Origin: Vicugna vicugna
Lineage: Eukaryota
Length of the DNA stretch: 64,000 nt
NCBI GenBank assembly: GCA_013265495.1
Contig: MU058198.1
Span: 2,182,419 to 2,246,418, forward strand
Direction of reading: 5' to 3'
Made by a program: the position numbers and the translations under genes. Within the stretch, counting starts at the first letter, position 1. Each line of letters opens with the position of its first letter. The notes below the pieces were generated by a model, which was given only the letters and a program-made list of their open reading frames with translations, was not told where the DNA came from and did not search any database. This document shows, one piece after another, positions 40,585 to 53,770 of the stretch.

Positions 40585-41440
40585 TCATATTGTTGGTTCA
40601 TTTTGAACCAAAACCAGGCTTCAGCCTTTATTTAATAAAAATGGCCATCAGTGACATGTGTCCTTTGAATAATGAAGAATGCATGCAAGATGTTTCTTAA
40701 TAGTGTAATGGTATGGTAGCCTATTTTTACATTTCTGAAGTCCTTGGTATGACATGGGAAAAACCATTTATAATCTGAACCATCTTTTAGGATTCTAAAA
40801 ATGTGTTTGTTTTGAATAAAATAAATGGCTATTTTTTTAAAGGAAAAAACACTCACACTAAGTGAATAAATGACCTACTTTCTCTTATGCTTGCCTGGCC
40901 ATTTCCAGTGCCCTCCGCTAGGAAGCAGACCATTTTAAACTTCAAGTCTTTCGTTTTACTTTGTGCCTTTATGCAATATTCATTGAGCAAGTCATTCTGC
41001 ATGAAACACTGGACAATTAGCATGCTTTAGTTAAGTTTAAGATGTGCATACAGAGTATGTTGGTTCAAAGGGATTTGACAGCGAGGTCCCCTACTTTAGG
41101 GCAGTGCTAGACAGGGAGGGAAGGGTGATGGTCAACCACGGAGCTTCTGAGCCTCCAAAAGATAGAAAGAGTCACATCTTGACAGCAAGCCCCTGGACAC
41201 TCCCCCAAACTGGATGTTTAAAAGACCAGTTATTCAGTTGTACCCACCTCCCTATCCCCAACAGCTAGGGCATGGACATCTAAACTAGGTCCAGCCATTG
41301 GGCAAACCCCCTGGGTCACTGAACCTGGAGCAGGAGATGCAGAGGGGTGACAGGTGAACCGGTTTCCATGGCCTTTTGTCCTCTCATCATTTTCCAAACC
41401 TGGTTCTCCAGCCTTTCTGGCAATTCTGTCAGACTCAATG

Positions 41441-41672
41441 TTTTTTGTTTTTTGTGTTTTTTTTAACATTTTTCATTGATTTATAATCATTTTACAATGT
41501 TGTGTCAAATTCCAGTGTTCAGCACAATTTTTCAGTCATACATGGTCATATACACACTCATTGTCACATTTTATTCTCTGTGAGCTACCATAATGTTTTG
41601 TGTATATTTCCCTGTGCTATACAGTATAATCTTGTTTATCTATTCTACAATTTTGAAATAGACTGGGATTTC
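41441..41672 (-). mobile_element. Young L1 3' tail with a short 5' inversion
   Basis: Highly similar to the reverse complement of 61680-61890. Flanked by the diverged TSD agactcaatg/agagtcagtg. Confidence 0.88.
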
Positions 41673-44600
41673 AGAGTCAGTGTTTTAAATCTAGCGCCTT
41701 AACAGAACTTTTCTGCTGCTTGCAGTGAAGCCCTCTGGTTGCCACAAGGGCATTCAGCAAGAGAGGAAGGAATACAGAGAAATTGCTTCTTAAGGACAGG
41801 CTTACACTGGGTAAAATTTTAGTCATCAGCTCTTACTAGCACTAACATCCCGCCAAATGGTCATAGAAACTTTATAGCTAACATTGGATAAAGTGACCCC
41901 AATGTGTCCCAAGGGATGTGTTCACCTCTCTGTGCCTGGGAAGCTGGGAGCCCCTCAATCACCCTCATTCCAAGGTAGATGAAGCCTAAGGTCAGAGAAG
42001 AGTCAAGATGAAGAGCCTTCTCTGCTACTACTCCCCACGGTGCTATAATTGGGAATTATGCGATCCCAGAGGCAGCCTCCAAGGAATGCCAAGGACAAAT
42101 TTCCATAGTGCTAGATCCTATCAAAAACGAAAGTTCACAGTATTGAAGAAAATGAATACTTAGAAGGGGGAAGAAAATCTTCTACTTTGGTCTTTAAAAA
42201 TAGCTGGGGCCAACTTCAGAATAAAGCAGGGCTTCTCCCAGCTACCTGCAGACTCTGCGGTCTAAAACAGCTATTCACCTGACGGAAGTTAATTACAACA
42301 GTAAAAAAAAAAAAAAAAAAAAAAAAAAACTTATTTGCCTAACGTTAAAAGGAGTGTTTAGATCTGAAAGCTATGGCTTGGCATTCTGTTTAATTATGTT
42401 GTTAAAGGGTGACTTTTATCAAGAGGGCAGAAAATAAACAGCTCAATTCCCTGACCGTCCTGGCTTGTAAAGCAAATGTGTCACTGTACGAATGTGATTA
42501 CTCTGGCAATAGACATTAACATTGCCCTTCATAAAGAAACACCAGTTTGGTATTTATGAATATCAATTCCATTACACTTTTTTTTTTCTGTTTTTCATGG
42601 GCTGTAGGAACCACATTATGTAAACTCTGTCTCGATTACCTACATTTAACCAACTTTGCAGCAGCCAAGCCACTAGTGAAAAAATAGATCTTATTTTTCT
42701 CCCATCTCTCCCAACTAGGTCGTAGATTCCATAGCTCTGTGTGGTTAGAGACCACACGTTTGGCTCATCATCATACCGCAGTGTCTAGCAGGACGCCTGT
42801 ATACAGCAGGCATTCAGGAAATGCTTATTGAGTGAATGTGGCCTGGGAATGGTGGTGGCCAGTACATGACTTGTATTTGCTTCAAAGCCATATTAATTTC
42901 TTAAGACTCTGGATATAAGAGTTTGCTAAAGCCATATTGGCCAAAAGGAATTGAAAGTTTAGCCAGAATAAACTATCACTAAATTAGGAACGTAAGATGA
43001 AGCCCTATCATGAAACACCAAAGGAGAGGAATACAAAACCCATGAATGAGAAATAATAGGACTGGAGGTAATGAGGGTCAAAAAAATAGCAGTTTTCTAA
43101 GACTCTCACCTCTCAAAACCTCATAACCATTGTCAAAAGGACTGAGTTACAGAATCTTAGAAACCTTGACCTTGACGAGAAGTGGCTGACTTGTCATGCT
43201 GAGAGTTGCGGCCCTGGACTTACTCTGTATTGAAATCTCTTTTCTAGTCAAAGGTATGGGCTTTCCAGGCAGACAGGGGTTCAAGTCTCAGCTCTGACCT
43301 CCCCACCTGGCTCTCTATTGAATAAGTTACTTCATCTCTCTAACCCTCTGTATTTCATTATCTACCTTCCAGGAGTGTTACAAAGATTTAAATTAGTTAA
43401 TAGATGTGGAAACACCTTGCACAATGCCTGGGACAAATAGTCGTTTACTATCCATTTATTTATTAAGCATAGGCATAATAAACGTGCCAGTGCTGTAGGT
43501 AAGTCTTGGATTTAAAAGATGAATTCAAGACTGCCTCTGACCTCAAGGTGCCCACAAGCTATAGCCCCACCGTGAGATTCTGCTTCATGTGCATGAAGGC
43601 ATACTCCTGTCCCACCCTAGTGAGCGTGCACTCTGGTTATCAACTCAGCGTCTGTCACCTGACCCCAGGGAAGCTAAGGAGAAGAAGCAGAAACAGTCCT
43701 TGGGAACTGTCCTGCAGTTCTTTTAGTCTGGAAAGTCCAGAACTCTCTAGCGGTTTGTTTCCCGGCACCAAATAGCGACATGCGGGGAAAATGCTTTGGA
43801 TTTTAAGGTGAGGTGAACTGTTTCATTATAGCATCATTTACCCACTTAACTCTTTAACCCACTGCGCCTAACCTAGCTGCAATTAGAATCACCGGAGGAG
43901 CTTTTAAACCATGAACGCCTGTATACAGCAAACCCAAAACCAACTGAATCAGAAGCTCTGGGGAGATGCAGCCCAGGCGTCTTTGGTTTAGAAGCTCTCC
44001 AGGTGATTCTAATAGGGAACCAGAGTTGCAAACCACTGGTTTGATCCATTGGAGGCTCCTGTGTCACAATCATTTTTGGTTAATTAAAACACACACACAC
44101 ATGTCTAGAGAATCTTTAAGAACAGCCTAAGAGAAATTTTTGTCAATATTTCCATAACACTGTAGTTTTCAAAGCTTGTTCATAAAAATTATCTCAGCAA
44201 CCTCTGACAAAGGTGGTATAATCCCAACTTAGAGCTGAAGTGACTGAGGCCTGGAGAGTTAAGTGACTGTCCAAGGTCAGAATTAGAAAGTGCCAGAGCT
44301 TGGGCCTGAATTCAGGCCAGCTCACACTGAATGGTTTTTCCTTCTCACCATCCTACCACATTAAGCTCAGTGTGCATCCCTGACTCCCGAGCACAGCACG
44401 AGGCCCAGGCAGGCACTGGGAAAACACGTCTTGAACTAGATGGAAAATTCATTCACCCAAAGACAAGAGTAGCAGGGCAATGCTGACAGTGTAACAGAGA
44501 GGGTTCAAATCCCCGCTCCTTGGTGTGACAACGTACAAGTTAACTAAACCTCTAATTGCTTATCTGCAAGGTGGTTTAATGCAGAATCTACCTCAGGGAC

Positions 44601-44894
44601 TGTCAGGAGGGTGAAATGAGATCATGCATCTAAATGTTAATGATGACTAAGACTGCCAACAAAAGAAATCTTTATCCACAGAGAGCCATAAATGCCTGTG
44701 TAAGAATCCCACTTGGTAGATGGGAGTGAACCTGGACAAGGAACTCAGTCTCCTGAGCCTCAGTTTCCTCACCTGTAAAAAGGGGGTGATAATAACATCT
44801 CCCACCTAGAGGTTAAGAATTCAATGAATAAAATCCACACAACAGCGAGGGTTATATAAGTAAAAGCAACCGGCTTGCCCATTGAAAGCTCTCA

Positions 44895-45197
<303 letters not shown>

Positions 45198-46959
45198 TTA
45201 GCCCTTCACCTAGACATCAGCATGACAGCGGCCCCTGGGGTTCTAAAGCCAGGCTCTTAGGGCAGTTACTTAACCTCTCCATTCCTTAGTTTCCTTGTCA
45301 GTAAAGTGAGGATAATAAAAATGCCCACTCAGAGGGTTGTTATGAGAATTAAAGGAGACAGTGAAAGGGCTTTGCACAGTGCCCAGCACAGTGTGCATAC
45401 TTAATGTTAGTTATCATTATCCATTCACTTAACAAGTATTTGCTGATGCAGGCAGGATGCTAAGAAGCAGAAGTGTTTCTTGCCCTCATGGACCTTCCAG
45501 CCTCATGCAGGAGGCAACTACCAATGAATCATGTAAACATATGTTGAACAACAAACTGTAACACATACTAGGAAGTGCAGACAGCTCTGACGGTGGCCAA
45601 CAGGAGGCCTAAGCCTCCTTGTGGGGAAGGCAGGTCAGGCTTCACAGAGGAGGTAAAATTTGAATCGAGGTGGAAAGGACCAATAGGAAAGCTTTAAGCA
45701 AAGTAGGATGAAGGGAGCAAATTGGATCAAGATTCTGAGACAGGAAAGAATATGAAGGAGACCGGTAGGGGGCAGGCAGGAGGAACAAAGGCAGAGCAGA
45801 GGGAAGCAATTTCAGCAGGACAAGCTAAGATCTGCATTCAAACAAACAAACAAACAGTTAGCTGCTGTATGGATTGTGGGGTCCAGGGTGGAGTGAGAAA
45901 TGAAAGGGTTGCTGCAGTCACCTACGAACGTGGTGGCAGTGACAGTGGAAATGGACAGCAGGAAAAAAAGCATTTGGGAGGAAAATCCAGGACAATGGGC
46001 AGGGAGGGGCTGAAATATGTTGTCTACAGAGCTAAATCTCATAAGAAAAGTTTCAAAGACTGAGGAGTGATTTAAAGCAACAAGGTATCTTCCCAAGAGG
46101 AAGCTTCTGAGGAGATTCATTTCTAGTCCACAGGAAGCTTCTGGGCAAACTTGTTTTCAGTACACTCTTTCAGTGTTTCTCACACACGCGCGCACACACA
46201 CACAAACACACACACACTTTTCCTTAAGGAGATGTGGCAAATTGCTATTTGCCAAACCTTTACCAAATCCATGTGACTGTGGTGTTTTGGGTGCCCAGAG
46301 TCCTCCCCACTGCTGAGGGAGGGGCTTCCCCTGCTCCCACATCCACAGCTGTGGGGAACAGGCTGGCTTCCTGGCCCTTCCCTCCAAGCAAGTGTCCTTG
46401 TCTACCGCCAACCTCACCCTCCCCCAAACTGCAGATGCCCCCTGTCTGAAAAATAAAGTAATGTACTTTAAAGAAAATACCACCTTCAGGGACTTTTCAA
46501 AGACTAATCTTGAAAAGCGATTTGGAACAGGTCATCCCCTCCTTGAGCCTCTGGCTTCTGAGCAAACAGAGAACTGGCATCTTAGGATCTGAGTTACAAC
46601 CTCAGCTTGCAAATTAAATGTGCTTATGATAGAAGCTACTATGAAGCCCAGGCTTTAAAGACAGTAGGGTTAAGTGAAAGAAGCCAGACTCAAAAATGCC
46701 ATTTTTGTGACATTCTCCCTGGCAAGGGTAGAACTATAGGAAACAGATCGGGAGGGTGAGGAGGTGGGGTGGTGAAAGGACTTGGAAGCAAAGGGCGGCG
46801 CAAGGTAATCTTGGAGGTGGCAAAATTTCCACATCTTGATGGTGGTGGTGGTTAAACATTAGGCATGTGATTGTCAAAACTCAGAAAGGGGGGGGGGGCT
46901 CTTCCTGTATATAAATATCGTTTGGCAAACAAATGATGGTGAGAGATGATCTCCCAGGC

Positions 46960-47290
46960 CAAGAGTGTGACGTTCCCATTTTACAGAGGAAGAAAAGCGA
47001 CGATGTCTTGGTCCCCAGGGCATCCTCCAGTTACCTTTTCTGCTTCTGTGGACAGCCTTCTCCATCGCCCCGGGAGGGCAGCCCGCTCAGAGGGGTGCCT
47101 CCCGGAGCCAAAGCGGAGTCATTCCAACCCCCAACTGTTTCGAACCCTCAGGGAGCCGGCGCTGTGCGGGCGATGGCAGGCTGCACGCGGGACAGCAGGC
47201 TGCGAGATCTCGGTCCGGCCCCCAGGGGGCGCCGCGACAACGCCGCCCCGAAGTTGTGCAGCAGTACGGTCACCACAAGGCCTCAGTGAA
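46960..47290 (-). promoter_or_regulatory. PDZD9: Small CpG-rich PDZD9 promoter region
   Basis: Local CpG/GC enrichment around the first coding exon. Confidence 0.65.
47035..47065 (-). CDS. PDZD9: PDZD9 coding exon 1
   Basis: gcgATGg start, MEKAVHRSRK + G|GTAAC (human begins MQKASHKNKK). The exons total 31+180+190+388 = 789 nt, in frame. Confidence 0.85.
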
Positions 47291-48420
47291 CCTTGGAAAA
47301 TGGGGTGCATGAAATTTTGGTGCAGAAAAGCTAAACTTCTGTGGGGACCAGCACAGTGCCCGGCTCACAGGGGGTTCGTCACCTATTCTATGGAAACTAC
47401 TGAAACGGAGAGGGTGGAGGAAGCCCAGAGGAGGGTGTGAAACGTTTTACAGAGGAAGATCGCAGCTAGTTCATAGACAAGCACCGAATCCCTTGCTGTG
47501 CTCCCAATAATGGTGTTTTTAAATATTGTTCCATCAACAGCACCAACTGTTTGGAACTGCACTTTTTTCATGGATGTTTTGAATGAGAAAAGGTCAAGGG
47601 TGGCCTGAAAACAAAATGAGTCACGATTAGGAGAGGAATTAATTCTTCCTTTTTTTTTTCCAAAATAATCCTTCCTCCCACACACACATTCACTCATACA
47701 ACAAATATTTACTGGAAGCCTGCTCCGCAGTTCGTGCTGATGCTGGGGACACAGCAGCAGATAAAACAAACAAGAGCTCTATCCTCTTGGAACTTAGATT
47801 TAAAAAAACACAGAAGAAGTGGACAATTTTAGGAAAGTATGCATTATCAAAAATAAATTCTAGAAGAAACAGAAAACAATGTAATGAGGTAGGTCCTGCT
47901 GTCACCCCCTCTCTGATGAAACTGGAAGCGTAAGCCTCCTGGGTTCATGCCTTCAGCAAGTAGAAATCAAGCACCTACTATGTGTCAGGCACGGTGCAGA
48001 GATTTCCATGGTAAACCTGGGCAGGTCCCAGCTCAATCAGCTGTTTCTGTGGCTCTACTCAGACCACAACCCTGGGCAGATTTCCTCCTGTTCCTTTTTA
48101 CCCTCAACCTCAAGGCATCGCCTGCAAGTGGCTTCTCGTGAGAGATTGCCGGTTTCCTCCTCCAAACAGTCTGGCAAGGAGTCTGTCCAGATATCAAATT
48201 AATTCTATCATAAAATGCATCCTTTTCCTCCATTTTCCTATCAGTCATGGAATGGTGAGGCTTTGCAGGAATAAAGCACATCCACATTCAAGGTCCTGTG
48301 AGGGGAGCGTATCAGGGCCTGGCATATAGTGTCCATCCACCTTCTTTCCATCCAGGCTGAAAACTCTCTTTATCACAAATGCCAAGATCACACTGACTGG
48401 TGGAATGACAGGATACAAAC

Positions 48421-49790
48421 TGTCATGGGTGCCGTACTGTGCTGCCCAGATCCCCCCTTCAGGACTGAAAGATCTATTCTTCCCCCTCTGGCCCAACCCT
48501 GCCACTGGCTGAAGAGAGACCCAAGATCACACCTTCCCAGGGCAGCTAGCATCCAGTGACTGATCAACGCAGGGGAAAACACCTGGATCCCTCAGCCCAA
48601 CGTGAACAACTCTGGGGGCCCTAAGGGGTCCGCTGAGGTCCTCCTATGGCTGCACTACAACCCAGCTTCTCCCTTTGCCACATCCTGCTTCCTCCCGCCC
48701 CTCCACTGATGTGGGCCCCAAGAGCACCCCCCAATAAACTCCCTGCAACTCAGAGTATTTCCTAGAGAACTCAACCTGCAACAGCTTGTGCAGGGACAGT
48801 ATGAAAGCGCAGGTGCTAAGATGGGGTTTGGGAGCTGGATGACACACGGCCCAGGTAAGTGTGAGGTCCCCATCCCCAGGAGAGGAGGAGCATATGTTGC
48901 CTTGGGTACAGGGAAACACTGTTCAGTTCTTCAAGAGAAGAAAAATGGAATGGTTTGGCATGCATATGACCCACGTGGGTGTCTCAATACTCCCTTGCCC
49001 TGTTTTACAGTAAATGGACCAATACAGCAGCCACAGCCTGAGAAGTACATGGCAACCATGGGCCCAAAGCCTCTCAGGGTTGGAGGTCTGGGCCACCCCA
49101 TCATGTAAGCCACATACAGGTGCTGGCAGAGGGCGAGAGGAATCTAGGATGGATAGGAGAGGAGGAAAATGATGAGTATGTACGTTATCCCTCAAGACGA
49201 GCTACAGCAGCAGCAAGATCTGTACTTTGTCCCACTAACCTTCCTCTTGTAAGTTTCCTATGGGAAAAGATGCCCACCTGGGTCCTGAGGGTGCTGCTCT
49301 CAGAACTGAAAAGAAGCAAGTAGATCTGAGCAGCATAACGGGTGCACTGTTGCAAGTGCCGCACTGTCCTTCAGGGGATGCCCCGCTTCAGGACTGAAGG
49401 ACCTGTGCCCCAGCTACTGGGGAGGTTGAGAGCTGTCAGCCCTCTCAAGGAATTGTCTCTGGCTGAAGTGCCACCTTACCCAAAGTCATGCCCCATTCTT
49501 GGGGTGGCTAGCATCCAATGACTGGTCCATGCAGGGACATAAAGGCTTGGCCCCTTTACCCCAACTCAGAACAACTCTAACAGCCATTCCAGCTTTCAGA
49601 GCTCCCCACGGGGTCTGCCAAAGCCTCCTGTGACTACACCACAGCCAAGCTGCTCCCTCTGCCCAATCGTGCTTCCTTCCCTTCCCCCACAGGAGTTGAT
49701 CCTAAGAACACTCCCTAGTCAACTTCCTGCACAATAATCAATAATTTCCTGTCTCCAAGTCAGCCCCGACAGAACCCATTCCATGAGACT
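48421..49790 (+). mobile_element. Internally deleted ERVL provirus: LTR16-like LTR (48421-48783), short internal remnant, second LTR (49348 to ~49790)
   Basis: Two homologous direct repeats share cttcaggactgaa, ggctgaag, gctagcatcca[g/a]tgactg, aacaactct and tgcttcct. The first is TG...CA bounded with an internal AATAAA. A degenerate PPT-like aacgggtgcac precedes the second. Confidence 0.75.
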
Positions 49791-52479
49791 AAATGAGACT
49801 TGAGCCCAAGGCACAAGCGATTAACCTCTGGATTTAGCAATTTTGTTTGACCTAATCCCAGAAACCCCAGATGAACACGTGTAGTGCATCCACCACACTC
49901 TCGGCTTGCATGGTAAACTTGATCCCAAGGAAGCAGTGTGTTCTTTATCCTGTCAGGCCACAGATCCTCCTTAAGGAGAAGAGTGATTGTACCCCTCCAC
50001 AGCTTTCCCTGAGGTCCCATCTGGATTCAGCCTCTGCTGGGCCGAGCCCTACCATCCATCACAATAAAGCACACTGTGTTCACAGCCCTTTAACAACCGC
50101 AGAATGGCTATTTATGACTTCAGGCTGCCAGCATAGCTCCCTGCAGGGGGCCTTCTATGTCCTGGGTCCACAAGGATTTCCTGCCTTAAGGGGCCTCATG
50201 GCTCATCCTCTCTCTGAATAGAAAAGTCCCAGCTGCTTGGCTTATGGGTGAGAGGATGGGGGAGGTTCTATCACTGAAAGAAGGTGCCTGACTCGGGAGT
50301 CTGTTGGTCAGATGGGGGAAGGAGGCCCAGAGAGGTGACGTGGCTTTCCCAAGTTCAAGTCAGTAGCACCAGTGGGACTAGAATATGGTTTTTACTCTCT
50401 TTAACTCCACCGCACCACCTCTCCCTAACCCCTAGGGTTTGCCTCGACCAAAAATCTAGACTGAGATATAGAGGCGAAGGAAACTGATCTGTCCTGTCCT
50501 GAGAGTCCTGGGACTTTGAAATACCAGGTACTGTGGCAGGTAAGAATGAGATTTGGAGCTAAAAACAGGGATTAATGGAAAATCTATAAACAGAGTATTG
50601 GGTCCTTGCCCAGCCCTCCCACCCCACGTCCTGGCTGGTAACAACTGGGACAGGTGACTGTTGACTAGAGTGATGTGCAGCTGTTAAACTGGTAAAAAAT
50701 GTTTTAAATTCTTTTAACTCTGTACTGGTTGTTTTTATGCTTTAATCTTAGATCTAAAACTTTTCGCAGAGGAGCAGAGGCAGGAGGCACTGGGGAATGC
50801 TTCCTGGGTAGAAGGAGGCACTTGTATTTTTTTAAACACAAGAATCGAGTCATCATTCCACTCAGCTGGAGTTAGAACAGGCAAATGTTCCAACACTTCA
50901 CCCTAGGATTCTCAACAACTGCCCAGTGGTGAACTTCAGTGGACATTATTTGAGAGTTCCAAACTGTATAGCTGGAGTCTCCTCTATTACTCAGCAACAG
51001 AAACAGCAGACAAGAAGCCAAGAATATGACTCCACCAAATATCTCCAGTGTTTAAACAACAACAAACAGTGAAGACTTCCTGCAGTAATGTGATATGCAT
51101 TATGTCTGAATCCCTGCATATGTAAATCAGCTTGTGTCCATTTCTATGGCAAAGGAAAAATAAATGACTTAGTAATCATAATTTTTAAAAAATCCTTCAC
51201 CCCAAGGGACCAATGTTTGCACAGAAAAGTTTATAGGCTAGCAATCAAATTCTCCTTACCTCATCCAGGTGGTGACTCTGATAACTCCCTGTGCACTTCT
51301 GCAAGGCTGTTGGATTTGGTGGAATTTGAAACTTGCTGAGTATCGTGGACATGTAGGCATTCCAAAAATAGAGACAGACTTCATTCTTCTAGGTCTTTCT
51401 AGAGATGACCTAGGTGGCATTTACCAAGAAAAGGAGTGTCCTTCCTATTTGCTGCATGGGGAACTACCTGGGAAAGAAAGAGCTAGATCTAAGTCAGGGT
51501 TAATGGTGATTTGGTCCATGAGCCATGGAAAAAAAGAAAACCTCCACCAGACAGCAGAATTGTATTTAACAGATCATTGTATTGCTAACAAACAATGCCA
51601 ATGTCGTTTTTTCTTGTTTATCCATCCAACCTAAGCCCCTTCCCACACCCTACCTCTGTAAATGGTATCACTAAACACCTAGTTACTCAGGTCAAAACTT
51701 TAGGAGTCATTCCTGAGTCCTCTCTTTCAACCCCTCCCCCATTTATCAGCAAGTCCTTCCCTTTGACAAATTTGCCCATTTCCCCCCATCTTCACTGCTA
51801 AAGTCACGTTTCTCTCTCTCCTGGACTACATTGCCTCTTAGCTACCATCCCTGCTTTTCATTCCTGCCCTGATTCCCCCGACCCCAATCTACACTCTACA
51901 GATTAAATAAGGTCATGTCGCTCTCCTGCTCTAAGCCCTGCAGTGCCTTCCGGTTTCTTTTAGAACAAAATCCAAACTCTTTATCAAGGCTCTCAAAGTC
52001 CTACATCTGGTCTCTGCCTATCTTTCTGTCTTTTCATACCACTCTCCGGCCACACGGGCCATTTTGCTGTTCCTTGAATAGGCCAACTACTTCTTCCTTG
52101 CCCACTCCCTAACGTCCTTTGCACTTGCTTTTCCCTCTGCCTGGAACAATCTTGCCCAAATTTTCTTTCTTCAAAGATCACCATCTTGAGGTCTTTATGA
52201 TCACGACGGTGTCTGTGTAACCTAATCCGACCGTCCTAAGTACCACCGCTGCGCCCCAATCCCCCATCAGTCCGACCTCCAATTGAATTCATAGATCAAC
52301 ACTTGACATTATCTTTATTTTAAAGATCAGCTTTTAACAGGTTTCTGTCTCTTCCCACCAGGCGGTGAGCTTCATGAGAGAGGGAACCTTGTCTCTCCTG
52401 TCCACTCCAGCACCCCAGGCACCTACGCTGCCTGACGCACAGATTTCGATAGCTGTTTCCTAAATGGGGCAGTCCCGGG

Positions 52480-53770
52480 GCTGACAGTCACGGAGGGGCG
52501 ATGATAACACAAGGTGACAAGGACTTGTCACCGACTCCCTCGGCGGAGTCGGGGCCGCCTCCTGCTGGAAGACGGGCGGTTCCCCCATCCCCATTCCAGC
52601 CTGCCTTTTAAAAAGCTAAGGACTGAGAAGCTTTTTGTGACCAAACGGTCATTAACAACGACAACAAAATTCTTATAATCGGCGAGAAAGCCAAAAGGCG
52701 GCGTGGCCTGCAGGAAGAGAGCAGGAGCGGGGCAGGCGCCTGAGCCGCGTCCGGGGCTAGGGCAGCGAGGCGAGCGGCCGAGAGGAGCGGGGCCGCCGGC
52801 CAGGGAAGGACCGAGAGGGCGCAGTGCAGTCGCCTGGGGCCCGCAGCCGGCCTCGCCGGCGCCGCGGCTTCGCTTCCGGGTGAGGGGCGGGCGGGCCGAG
52901 CAGTTCCGGGGCGGGCGGCGGTTCCGGCAGTGCGGGCCGCACGGGGCTCGGGGGGTGGGGGGAGCGGGGCGGGGAGATGGATAAACTGACCATCATCTCA
53001 GGATGTCTCTTTCTGGCCGCCGATATCTTCGCCATCGCCAGCATCGCCAACCCGGACTGGATCAACACCGGGGAGTCCGCGGGTGAGCGGCGGGGGCGCG
53101 CGGGGCCGGGCGGGGGATTGGCTGCGGGCGAGGGGAGGGGAGGGGAGACCCGGCTGAGGAGAAGAGGGGGCAGGAGGGTGCGAGGCGGGGGCCGGCCTGA
53201 GGAGAAGGGGGCGGAGAGGCGACCCGGGCTGCCGGGCCGGGCGGCCGAGGGGCAGAGAGGATGGAGAAGAGGACGCGCCGGTCGCGAGCGGCGCCCCAGG
53301 CTGAGCGCAAAGTGGCCGAGGGGCGCGGAGAGCTGGGCTGGACTGGCGGTCCCGGACCCTGGAAGGAGGGTGAGGGGAGACAGCCGCCGACCTGAGGGGC
53401 CGCGGAGGAAGAAGCTTTGTTCTGGATTTAGAAAAAGAAAAAAAGAAAAGAAAGTCAAGGTGGGAGACTGGAGGAAACTGAGGCGCCTGTGAAGGGATTA
53501 GAAACCCGGCGGAGAGCCTGGGGCCGGGAAGCAGGCAGCCTGTGGGGTGTGAGAGTAACAAGGGAGCTGCCGGGCGACGAGACGCCGAGAGGAGTCAGGT
53601 CCAGCCCCGGACCCCCGCCCGGAGGCAGCCGCGGCCGGGTGAGAGGTGCGGGCGGGGCGGGGTTAAAGGTGCCGGGAGAGCTGGTGGGGGTGGGGGCGCC
53701 GGATGGAAGCCCCTACGCGCGCCCCCGCCCGTCCCCTGCCCACTTGGCAGTGTTTGAGACGCATGTGGCT
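52480..53770 (+). promoter_or_regulatory. MOSMO: MOSMO CpG-island promoter
   Basis: Very high GC/CpG content, with tandem ETS-like TTCCGG motifs (~52875, 52903, 52922) and GGGCGG Sp1 boxes before the ATG. Confidence 0.9.
52977..53082 (+). CDS. MOSMO: Modulator of Smoothened (C16orf52/Atthog), first coding exon; remaining exons lie beyond the window
   Basis: gagATGg; MDKLTIISGCLFLAADIFAIASIANPDWINTGESA(G) matches the MOSMO N-terminus (first transmembrane segment of a claudin-like tetraspan); GTGAGC donor at 53083. Confidence 0.95.
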
